Shown here: one piece after another, positions 41,001 to 46,921 of the stretch
Position numbering within the stretch: position 1 is the stretch's first letter
How the letters are laid out: each line of letters starts with the position of its first letter
Virus record (IMG/VR): IMGVR_UViG_3300033145_002388
Location: 8,132 to 72,131 of that record
Origin: a virus
Reading direction: 5' to 3' (one strand)
DNA: 64,000 nt
Made by a program: the position numbers and the translations under genes
The notes under the pieces: model-generated
Database searches by the model: none
What the model was told of the DNA's origin: nothing
What the model saw: the letters and a program-made list of their open reading frames with translations, nothing else

Positions 41001-42769
41001 GAAAAGGAATTAAATCAAATTTAGCTAAGGAAGTTTTTAAAAGTAAATCTTTTCAATCTGCACTTAAGATTTGGGATAAAGCAGATAAAGGAGTTTATGA
41101 TTATTATACTGGATGGTTTGAGATTTCAGAATTAGTTGATAAAAAAGGAGTAGATAAATGGGGTGAAATTTATGAACAATATATTAAATCACATTTAGCT
41201 TTTAAAGAACAATTAAAATTAAGACAACCAAAAAAATATAAAATTCTTTATCCTTTTAAAATAGAAATGGGAAAATTATCTCCAGATAAAGCACAAGAAT
41301 TTTTCTTAGCTGATAAGAATGCTGAGGCTAGAAAGATGATGGAAGCTGAAGATCCTGGAATTATTGCTTATTATAAATTTTGGCAAAATCTTTCTAGTCT
41401 TGCAGATAAGGGACATTGGCAACGTTATTTTAGATATTATTTTAGTGATCAAAATAAAGCAAATAGATTACGTCATTGGGATAAGCATCCTGAAGCTAAA
41501 AAAACTTTTCCTGCTTGGATGAAATATCAATTAATGCCAGCAAATAATTGGGAAGAAAGAAAGAAAAAATCTGATTACCTAGAAAGTAATTTAGATCTTA
41601 AGAAATTTTTTCAAAAAGATTTAACAGTTAAAGATTTAGAATTACGAAAAAAGATTGATGATTATTTTAAAATAAGACAATCGGTTAAAGAATATGGTAC
41701 AGATTTAGATTACTTTTTTGATTGGAGAAAAAAAGGAATTTTAGCAAATAAATATTTGGAAAAAAATCCTGAGGTTTTAGAATATTTACAGAGTCATTCT
41801 AAACAATATGGTGATGAACAAAAAGGATTAATTCAAGAATTATCTGAGACTTATGATAAATTAGAAACTTGGACTGAAAAGGATAGGTTTATAGATAAAC
41901 ATCCTGAATTTTTAGAATTTTTAATTAGGTATTCTCCGCCTGGAATTAGAAAAGTGATTAAACTTCAAAGACAGTATTTTAATTTTGAAGCTGAAGATTG
42001 GGATTCTAAAAATAAATTTCTTAATAATTTTCCTGAATTAAAAAATTATTGGGAAATAAAATCTTATCCTGAAATCTTTTTTACAAATTCAATTATTCGT
42101 AAAAAATATTTAGATATTGACAAAAAAGTATTAGATTATTATAATGAGATTAAGAGTTCTTCGTGGGCTAAAGCTGAATTGCTTAGAAAGAATTTGCCAA
42201 GTTTTTATAATCAACCTGGATCTGGAAAAATTGCTGAATGGTTTATTCCTCGTATTTATAGAGAAGCTATGTCTGCTTGGTCTAGCCTTTTAAAAAGAAA
42301 TAAAATTGGTGGAATAGCTTTTTTTAGACAATTACCAAGTTGGATAAGAGATAAATATTTAAAAGCTAATCCACAATACAATTTGATTTCTAAATATTCT
42401 CTTGAAAGATTTTTAGAAGAACCATTAAGATTAGATTTATTAGCAAAGTCTAAGCTTAGAACTTATTTAGCTGAAAAGATTCATTATAAATATTCTTCTA
42501 ATGTTCCATATAAACTTCAAGATAAGATTAGAAAAGAATTTATAAGAGCAGGTATCTGGAAATCAAGAGCGCATTGGCAAAAAGCAGATTGGCAAAATTA
42601 TTATTTAAAAAGAGCTATAGAAAAAAATAATTTAATAGCTTTAGATTTATATTATAATCCTTTGTTAAGAAAAGAATTAGAAAGACTTTCAAAACTTTGG
42701 TTAACAAGAGGTAGAATTATTCCATTTAAAAGAAGAATAGTTCCTCATGAGGTAAAGTTAATTGATTAA
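29036..42769 (+). CDS. Giant (4577 aa) putative internal virion / DNA-ejection protein
   Basis: Lies between capsid and tail genes. N-terminal LPSVERRKQLY...YKGSFEQN (DUF3597-like) and LysM-like segments; LRPGWHLNNMLGD and FDYSHLSRAERVFRIICPFWSF motifs typical of large podovirus virion proteins; C-terminal helical repeats. Confidence 0.7.
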   Translation: MTLFKLFKEQNLSLPSVERRKQLYSRYKLGTDYKGSFEQNTLLSKAIKKDPREFNIFVNALKFPLAPTIIKSSPVKSKVKSVAKLEPVKISKSLKKESFEYDRLTPGKTVGDWLKAKKIKFEDFQKLNPAYKTQDFKVESPFKVKIPKLDSVLIKEFPKVKEILDKKSGEIKDPADIQKILRQSISNLLIGGIKALPEIIVKGKNLLPAYTKNISEGIKQTKISVDKKNLATDLGQKEKAYAANWDPVKILDTTAKTVISLSVMKKGFRPISSDLISLIKKSQKLKLKEKQEKERKLVIPSVEDFLAGEKIDLSSEEKKIITKPKEENESPEYTTARLKNIISKLDSIKKDIQLQQSNLKAEDSSIIGLINKEGKFLPWETLEKDTGLAKNLQSEIEAMSKKIGPATNRMQENTNESIKWQNILFKNLDKYSDVIFNLISDPEVIKDPTILTKVQTWFPNRESFLLGVTKSPTDVLVSTPEVKKLQKEMESLLTPEMKEIIDNASKLDPENDEQADKFWLGLSLDQQKSYQRLMTLNRLIGEKDDATKLQKTWALLEDPYFQKTILESAKYLSEDQKKIIQPVIEIAKLNAERTILWPKVDNEMKSQTEEIKNKYTEYQKLVEGINQRIVALGDPKKQGTLAHWLVDYGDAIHEYQKSLLKAELKSEKKVAEFQDAYIEARSFKSVSRNFMNAITSFLKNHSWEIKAEDEKGFFLKLRKSQEEILAKDKLKIMSQVVFPTGFKNYFIEGGYKYDLPIAITPIGYEVTKNAFSGLQWIWDRTLPAAEVAVTALSQIGSTFYQTVLEETGDLWGMERKKVEELTTIGEFPFKEKNLVSKLWNLNCFNFFNLYDAANLTDLQKIAPGKRFEIQNLPKWIDLKKGGYLPTLYSNYRHPRSYQEIMIKSRMKAVEVLPSEFKIIQEEFLSLNNLNKDSVLSIGDRILIPTQGYIAPRNLIKPNERTKMEQTSDGRLALLAIDFIGWGFLDPTSIFWTRIGSLSKSIFKNICPQLYNQLKTRKDLYKFANEYSRASDLAEDLMSFASLDAIPGGKFKEMFPSLINSRKAFMSLKVLDNLDPKVLAKIEKYAQEGELWRSGYFSKLFIDNVKTKVGKDKLKTFQDSLRALMLEGKIPAASDNLVWEVLNQFGGNGFDLIKQIANNGPKALEIGLNKVVKNYHSARLREYLLKKNLDKTLYGLSPLERNQVLNLSQKTEAQITKELNLMRELGKGKTFKERFLIRPEFTPKSINKIEQAVKQTKINLLNAEKILKESKVTINLPDSYKILYNLKKEGKNYFDIVNKQFVVEQLGKRGVPGLIKDWYSQVGTKLVTYLDNITGYFSESTLMARKNLTYSEIVNGIKQGHGGLGLRLLDTVRFKDKDMTVRALMKELEKVAKGQKSKATFLSTKWPIKIPLQKKQSSSLLDAIYKSIKFDSFKNKDWVGMNSYSFKELLGKVQKLDKNFVPVSKTKDVYNTLPLQWFNANKNTQGYAVFGGLPSRHGMSKIIKVKSKEKLIIQDPKDFKAYFEEAVNLYFLQKYSPLEYKRYQDDLVQMVKRQTDKQLKAWLTPQDRIALLIFENEKKGIASLPNSIIDLFESLTGSADDIKRSITLFLNKRMGLEKEQILASKKAELIKSFKAHGIKEPEREWLLYRRRWNFDLVINPQVEEFATIHNLLSKFPILSFKKTSKLIPAKYVTRLEKNSYPFRSRYPSEIDRLFYEIQQGGRKRFSEIISEKKSLPQKIEEIKNIKAETLNIQANNFLFCPSASKLHTDRDIRLAVQKYGSRGNFIIPGDYKNAEYARKKFETYLPQGRAKVLKKDFQKGSQTQFVLNQPQFIDDLKNVNQLDEMTLGGVIPEKKLAEFWAQIPEDLPSRKIFKTGKYYPSETIGAGVRASKLKKLEDQFGKKIAKQKMADIEKTMAEQKKYWLPQKKYSLGYDYDAIDDIQKNINFVMKDVNDPIAKEFKSWIRYEELEELEKNHKGMVIEIFEILSAKKRVLNSIFSSKEFYVQKNNIVFTSLKGVPLDTTIAIGFTKGKVLGKPRALMANQVKAYVKDIAYKNNLSKAEWPKDMSFNKVSDDIKKAFYLNKYNTREQFRKGFKEVIKPVKKGKTDKALNKLMRDLDLEKKGIVYSKLDRYFTDQVKNLYTIEERGSFLGTIKTELELAKKNLNFLNLGYKKLISAKKSGKKYIYLKKQNVWVKGEKPGPIMKDYVKDESILWKPTQTLIPEGFQSRGEITSKMLMSENILTKSRGTEKISIDNAIKSIAIDLQKQRQYVPKVESLERVFGLFNFKSEYIKNLDDFIDALWDISHKNPSSKATGLVGEWRTNFIINSRGPNVLRPSLIDLKKHKLKIAEIKAYPIPKLTKFIESQQIANVKFPISMSKEAASLKTLRHFNTNIIVAVDLKIPIEISSKYKTIWKSNSRNFFPIGSKFATKEEINLTRKVRDAFFNKKKVVFVGENADLVRLRVLSLFPPEEFATYKGLFTLKRIPAMRTKTYPGYTWEFRKGKRPILMNETEKKLLTEILPKKDWDDLVSYLKSPGIPRTVEEIPAEQTKRLVADFLSDLENSIKISPDYNKFWISKTRKAIGSKVKHVKVELPTMLSFSDIENLGLLKNAGVNLYIERVSGMREAALKQLRHEGINPKLISSAKAKQIHYSYVKGKKGAGQIYEKIQGLKSNVFDGIKKDLNIFFKDFKKVIPVSAIDRGTLRKSTYEWLDNAYALKGKKDLITQWKGTSKILTREFRDNLENVLLKEFGTLNNKVAQNILARKMSKFDDYLKLAEEMKLGFGGQKRLSFYSIGNKLKALINSGFEWVAEKKVGTPLTMGEKGMILTLQALDKTIKTTDLMISLPLRTLRTMWIWGVLFLRPGWHLNNMLGDSLRGTMASHDLKYFIDSSRQFSLLTTSYLKFLGRDIRSLFYPLYRNFIPTKLRKFNLFKDPLKVSRNEMRKVLKQTVAPNTVKNKRRLKLLLKNYDLTFNPKTIRLLHAKSPISWAPKKVFKSLSSPQYWSRKYKIPMSSVEQAAHMGMLTALEDPIYASKLWKLMAETGIKSAIKKRATLLKLDITLYANINEKMRRLLLLDSLMKNKAMSLAKASMRVKSYIFDYSHLSRAERVFRIICPFWSFSRFSVELYTKILLKEGPKFYWAGKFFIEALDEVSKNLPEQFKNRIPIPFTGTFAYLPFGIIDYWRMMANPKEELLRFVDNPLQMPFGLGMDPMLGTTTALLIKRKWYETSRILKDNTGWTDEQIKKEMDKFGAPNLNMLIDFPTFLSNYFPPAAIAGIVFPSLFKVDRATIEDEFSVIQSTTLRSLFKWFGFNILKEEPWMEFGNLYEKTAPHLRPFLIEKTKKENPFIYEAWENFIAKTKMLNLLNARTPDEKVLAMHDLEKFEVVSKYYELEEQHKGYGTRWIESMAAKGNMGPKALLQEHFNYDINESSWRREQKAKYDKMQAKIFMKQVEKEFVAKITPTTGAAMDVLNIPHPDVGFKEAFESQIYDGYGNVRFDTVDEAIQASKEMAEKYNLDNLVPEEIKSRINQESQEWKLRSWEAKEQKKLEDSKYYAQLGVAYSYIPENIDKLSAEQQRLVYAKRDKYISGMSKEFQSRWKESQPEYIQHYKELLNTAYDRIGSIYKKCQISPYDKNYYVEFEKLPEWIKNLHFVYHPEDKDIIPFKAELFRRFQIDRKQNLKGYSSNKRDSFYFSNDLIAIKGRKAIAKDDPVAYEFSKLSQDLSYKVDLSYQSGSLVGYYTLFNTMPAWWKDRFWELKEESVKSGWLSEEDYDMSKKWFEFNSRLEKAKIKDRENLENGIISNLNEKIWFEKKYNDVKNWNEKNEMNKGYKLYTRLQFQFNRKVEKEGPQNYYLFVKNLPEEAKLYYLRHHLDSIQYIDFMAKYNQLFFDKEFIEDSDAKANDFFWAPENTIARNVYFQTHPNEEYYRKERERIFALANTAGEYYDLILSAPQKFQDIYFKKHPLAKLYLSEVQKYFKAISIDEENKRKGIKSNLAKEVFKSKSFQSALKIWDKADKGVYDYYTGWFEISELVDKKGVDKWGEIYEQYIKSHLAFKEQLKLRQPKKYKILYPFKIEMGKLSPDKAQEFFLADKNAEARKMMEAEDPGIIAYYKFWQNLSSLADKGHWQRYFRYYFSDQNKANRLRHWDKHPEAKKTFPAWMKYQLMPANNWEERKKKSDYLESNLDLKKFFQKDLTVKDLELRKKIDDYFKIRQSVKEYGTDLDYFFDWRKKGILANKYLEKNPEVLEYLQSHSKQYGDEQKGLIQELSETYDKLETWTEKDRFIDKHPEFLEFLIRYSPPGIRKVIKLQRQYFNFEAEDWDSKNKFLNNFPELKNYWEIKSYPEIFFTNSIIRKKYLDIDKKVLDYYNEIKSSSWAKAELLRKNLPSFYNQPGSGKIAEWFIPRIYREAMSAWSSLLKRNKIGGIAFFRQLPSWIRDKYLKANPQYNLISKYSLERFLEEPLRLDLLAKSKLRTYLAEKIHYKYSSNVPYKLQDKIRKEFIRAGIWKSRAHWQKADWQNYYLKRAIEKNNLIALDLYYNPLLRKELERLSKLWLTRGRIIPFKRRIVPHEVKLID
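34208..34224. repeat. 17-bp palindrome, copy 4 (TCGGAAATTATTTCCGA)
   Basis: Inside the giant gene; encodes SEIISE. Confidence 0.9.
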
Positions 42770-42778
42770 TATTTTAAA

Positions 42779-43402
42779 ATGACTACAGCAAATTTTATAA
42801 AAGAATTAGCAGGTTCTTTTTCTGATTCTAATTTCCAATTATTTTCTCCCGAAGATTGGAAAGAAATAATTAATTTTCAATTAAAAGAACTAGCAATTGA
42901 TATAGCTATTAAGACTACTACTGAAGTAACTTATGATTCTTCTACTTTACAAATAGATTTATCTGCTAGTACCTTTGATGATTTAATAAGTGTAAATGCA
43001 ATTTTATTAGAAGCAACTAATGGAAGATTAGTTGAATATGATCATTGGTGTTATCTTCCAGAGAAAAAAATAGTTGATCTTAATCCAGATTCCTATAAAG
43101 ATCCTCAAAAAAATATTGCTGACTATTCTAAAACTTATGTTAGGTGGTCTCATTATGCTACTGAATTAACAGATGAAAATGATGAAATTCCTATTGAAAT
43201 GAAAAACATTGGTTTCCTTAAAAAACTTTGTCGAAAGGAAGCTTTATCTAGAATCTTAATGGATAAAACTAAATTTAAACGTTATCAGGTTTATGCAGGA
43301 AATGTCTCGCATTTTTTTATTTTAAGTTGTATTAAAGATATTAGTAATGAAATTTTAAGTGATAAAATGCTTCAACGTCAAAATCAAGTTGATACTTTTT
43401 AA
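42779..43402 (+). CDS. Putative head-tail adaptor
   Basis: ~200 aa, helix-beta-helix layout, located before the nozzle-like gene. Confidence 0.55.
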   Translation: MTTANFIKELAGSFSDSNFQLFSPEDWKEIINFQLKELAIDIAIKTTTEVTYDSSTLQIDLSASTFDDLISVNAILLEATNGRLVEYDHWCYLPEKKIVDLNPDSYKDPQKNIADYSKTYVRWSHYATELTDENDEIPIEMKNIGFLKKLCRKEALSRILMDKTKFKRYQVYAGNVSHFFILSCIKDISNEILSDKMLQRQNQVDTF

Positions 43403-43404
43403 GT

Positions 43405-45954
43405 ATGGAAAATATAAATTTAGATCAAAAATATGATATAGAACTGGATTATTATGGATATTTAATTGATCCAGGTTCTTTTAGGACCGTACCTGCTTCA
43501 TTATTTGGAACTCGATTTTCTCAAGGTAGACCTGAATATTCTAATTTAGATTTGTGGCAAATTGGCGCGCTCACTGATTTTTCTAAAGGTTTAGGTCAAG
43601 ATTTTTTAGTTGATCCATCTCGCTTTTATTTCTCTACTGGAATTGATATTACAACTCCAGGAGAAATTAAGATTGAAAAAGATTTAGTTGCAATCCCAGC
43701 AGATAAATATCCAACTTCTAAGGGAAAGGTAAGTGCACATTATCGTACTTCTTCGGCTCTTTATTTAGGAACTGAAGATGGAAATATTTTAAAATCTACT
43801 GATGGTGAAACTTTTACTTTAGTTAAAGCTACAGGAACTGGAAAAATTTATCAGTTTTTTGAAACAGATAATTTTTTATTTGCTAGTAAGGGTGCAAATA
43901 CAACTTGGATATATTCTACTTGGGATAAGATTTTTAGTTATCCTTATTCTAATTGGTCAGGTGCAGATTTGCCTGGTAATAAATACAAATATGGACAAAC
44001 TTTTACTACAACTAATACTAAATATAAGATAAGAATGATTAAGACAATGATGAGAGCTTTAGCAGGTGTTGCTACAGGAAATGTAGAGTGTGCAATTTAT
44101 AATGTTAATAATGATCATGAGCCTTATGGTGATGCTATTGCGACTGCGGAACACGGCCCTCTCTGTAATTTTGGAGATGATAATGCTAGTGAAAATAATT
44201 ATAGATGGGTAACATTTCATTTTTCAGAAGATATTGTTTTGAAAAAAGAAGAAGAATATGCTTTTGTTATTAGTGTAATTGGAGGAGCTGATCAATCAAC
44301 TATTATGGCAAAAGACACATTAAACCCCACAGATCCAGGTTATGCAGTTTCATATGATGGAACAAATTGGACAGCAACTGATACTAGTGCTTTCATTTAT
44401 GAAATCTGGAATAAGGAAGGTTCTGAAATTTGGGCTGAAATTGGACCTGAGAATTTATATTTTGTTTCAGTAGAAAGTCAAATAATTTATGGATATTTTA
44501 ATGATGGGATTCGTCAATCAGAAGATGGAATAGTTTGGATTCCTGAACCACCAGACCCTTTGTGGGCTGTTCCTTCTGGAGATGGAATTCCAATTAATGC
44601 TTTAACAATCCCAAGAGGATTTTTATTAGGAACTTCTAGGGGTTTATGGATGTTAAGCGCTGGTTCTTCTGGTTATGCAATAAGAGATTTTAGTGGCCAA
44701 GCATCAACTAGTAATTTTAAAGGCTTTGCTAAGTATGATTATTTTGGATTATTTTCTATTGAAAATGAGGGAATTTTTTATACTGATGGCAAATCTTCTT
44801 TTGTTACCAATATAGATTCTCAATCAAAAGCTTTTCCATTTAAATCATGCGCAGGAATAGAAAGTCTTGGTCAAGATATTTTTGTTTTAATAAAGAATTC
44901 AAGTAATGAGTGGTATTTAGCTCGATCAAATCAACGTTATTTTTCTAATCCAACTCATTTTACTATGGTTAAAAAATTGTCAAAAGAACCTTCTCACCTT
45001 TCTTCTTTTGGTTCTTCTACAATTAAAAAAGTATTTGTTCATTATGCAGATGAAACAACTGATGTATTGGATTTAATTAATGGTGCTTATCAAACTTCGG
45101 GCTATTTGATTACTTCAAAAATAGATGAAAATTTAATTCGACTCCAAAAACTTTACAAAAATATTTCTGTAATTCTTTCTGAATCTCCAGCTTCTTCTTT
45201 AGTTTCAATTGCTTATGCTTTAAATAATGATAGTATCGGTTCTTATTCAGATACTATTTTAACTGCATCTTCTTTTCAAGTAGATAAGGAATTAAGTAAT
45301 GGAACTACTGGAAATAGAATAACAATTAAAATAAAGCTAACTAAAACAGGATCTTTAACTCCTGTAGTTACTGATCTTACTTGGAAGTTTTTTCTAGAAA
45401 GACCATTAGAAGAAACTGAAGCTAAGAAAAGTTTTAGTATGACAATTTTAGCTGAAGATAATTTGGAAGCTAAAAATGGTTCTGATTTTCCTTATACAAG
45501 AAGAGAAATTTTAGATCATATTTGGGAAACAAAATCTAAAAAACAATTATTAAATTTTGTAGGTCAAGATAATATTGAAACAGATGCAATTAAATTTAGT
45601 CATGATTCAGCATTTAGTGTAACGATTGATCAAACAGATAATTTAATTAAATTTTATGATGCATCTGGAATACTACAACATTCTATTTCTTCTAATCAAA
45701 CTTTATCTGCAATTCAAATTGCTGTAGATGCGTTAAGTGGTTATTCAGCTGAGCTTTCACCAGATGCTGATGAAACTGTTTCAGGAAAAAATCTTATGCC
45801 AGTTTCTTTAAGCTCAATTAAAGGAGGTAAAATATTTAAACTTGGAACATCAGTTCATAAAGTTTTAATTACCTCAGGAACTCCTATTGAAACAACAATA
45901 GATCCTGAGGGTGCGGGTTCCAGTAGGATTAATTTAGTTTTAAGAGAAGTTTAA
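43405..45954 (+). CDS. Putative tail nozzle / stabilisation protein (beta-propeller)
   Basis: TDFSKGLG...RFYFSTGIDI, repeated beta motifs (LYLGTEDG, STDG, SYDG, SEDG) and YQTSGYLITS...KLYKNI. Confidence 0.65.
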   Translation: MENINLDQKYDIELDYYGYLIDPGSFRTVPASLFGTRFSQGRPEYSNLDLWQIGALTDFSKGLGQDFLVDPSRFYFSTGIDITTPGEIKIEKDLVAIPADKYPTSKGKVSAHYRTSSALYLGTEDGNILKSTDGETFTLVKATGTGKIYQFFETDNFLFASKGANTTWIYSTWDKIFSYPYSNWSGADLPGNKYKYGQTFTTTNTKYKIRMIKTMMRALAGVATGNVECAIYNVNNDHEPYGDAIATAEHGPLCNFGDDNASENNYRWVTFHFSEDIVLKKEEEYAFVISVIGGADQSTIMAKDTLNPTDPGYAVSYDGTNWTATDTSAFIYEIWNKEGSEIWAEIGPENLYFVSVESQIIYGYFNDGIRQSEDGIVWIPEPPDPLWAVPSGDGIPINALTIPRGFLLGTSRGLWMLSAGSSGYAIRDFSGQASTSNFKGFAKYDYFGLFSIENEGIFYTDGKSSFVTNIDSQSKAFPFKSCAGIESLGQDIFVLIKNSSNEWYLARSNQRYFSNPTHFTMVKKLSKEPSHLSSFGSSTIKKVFVHYADETTDVLDLINGAYQTSGYLITSKIDENLIRLQKLYKNISVILSESPASSLVSIAYALNNDSIGSYSDTILTASSFQVDKELSNGTTGNRITIKIKLTKTGSLTPVVTDLTWKFFLERPLEETEAKKSFSMTILAEDNLEAKNGSDFPYTRREILDHIWETKSKKQLLNFVGQDNIETDAIKFSHDSAFSVTIDQTDNLIKFYDASGILQHSISSNQTLSAIQIAVDALSGYSAELSPDADETVSGKNLMPVSLSSIKGGKIFKLGTSVHKVLITSGTPIETTIDPEGAGSSRINLVLREV

Positions 45955-46038
45955 TATGAAATGTGGGTTTCAAATATGAAATATAACATAAGGAATGGAC
46001 AAAGAAAAGTTAAAATTTTAATTAAATAAACTAAAAAA

Positions 46039-46206
46039 ATGCAAGAAGTAAAGTGTTATTGCGTTAAATGTAAGAAGATTATGCCTATGGTTAATCCAAC
46101 TAGACTAGTAAAGAAAACCAAAGGAGGAAAAAAAATGGTTTTTCTTAGAGGAAAATGTAAAGCATGCGGAACCGGAATGGCAAAAATGCTTCCAATAAAA
46201 AAATAA
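46039..46206 (+). CDS. DUF5679-like zinc-ribbon protein (not in ORF track)
   Basis: MQEVKCYCVKCKKIMPMVNP...RGKCKACGTGMAKML. Confidence 0.75.
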   Translation: MQEVKCYCVKCKKIMPMVNPTRLVKKTKGGKKMVFLRGKCKACGTGMAKMLPIKK

Positions 46207-46207
46207 A

Positions 46208-46921
46208 ATGGCTAAATCATTAAAGTATAGAAGATTACGTGCTTTAGAAGAAAGACGTTATAATAACTTTGACTATATTAATACTCAGATTAAGAGCAAA
46301 GAATTTGCTTGGTCTAGTATTACTCCTAATATTCCAGGAAGTGTACCAGAAAAAATGATTTATGATTATCTAGTAAAATTAGGTTTACATTTCCAATTTC
46401 AATACCATTTAAAAGATGAACCTGAAACTTATACTGCTGAAAATAGATGGATACCAGATTTTATTCTTCCAGAATATGATGTTATAATTGAAGTTTATGG
46501 AGTCTATTGGCATTCAATGCCAGAAACAGAAGACAAAGATCAAATTAAAGCTTTGTATATGTTGAATAAAGGTTATACTAGATACATGAGAGGAATCCCT
46601 ATATATCCAACTGGAGGGTATCAAGGTAAACGATTAATTGTTTGGACTGATATGGAAATTTATTTGGGCGTTGCTCAATTATTTGCTAGAGATTTGCCAG
46701 ATATTATATTTAGTCCAATACGAAGAGGAATGCCTGATCAGTATTTAAAAGATAAAGAAGCAGAATTACTTAGAATCGAAAGACAAAAAGATGCTCAAGC
46801 TGCACGTAGAATCCTTCCTAAAATTTATCCACGTAAACAAAATATAGTTTCTAAATATAAAAAACATGTTAACAAAATTTCCAAAAAATTACACCCAGGA
46901 TCCGTGTCTAGAGCCTTATGA
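46208..46921 (+). CDS. PD-(D/E)XK endonuclease (Vsr/DUF559-like)
   Basis: PEKMIYDYL...FQFQY...WIPDFILPEYDVIIEVYGVYWH...KD. Confidence 0.75.
   Translation: MAKSLKYRRLRALEERRYNNFDYINTQIKSKEFAWSSITPNIPGSVPEKMIYDYLVKLGLHFQFQYHLKDEPETYTAENRWIPDFILPEYDVIIEVYGVYWHSMPETEDKDQIKALYMLNKGYTRYMRGIPIYPTGGYQGKRLIVWTDMEIYLGVAQLFARDLPDIIFSPIRRGMPDQYLKDKEAELLRIERQKDAQAARRILPKIYPRKQNIVSKYKKHVNKISKKLHPGSVSRAL

Noticed and set aside
29036-42769. Tape measure protein
   Set aside because: No tail tube, sheath or chaperone genes or TMP-type periodicity were recognised; the adaptor/nozzle set indicates a short-tailed virion.
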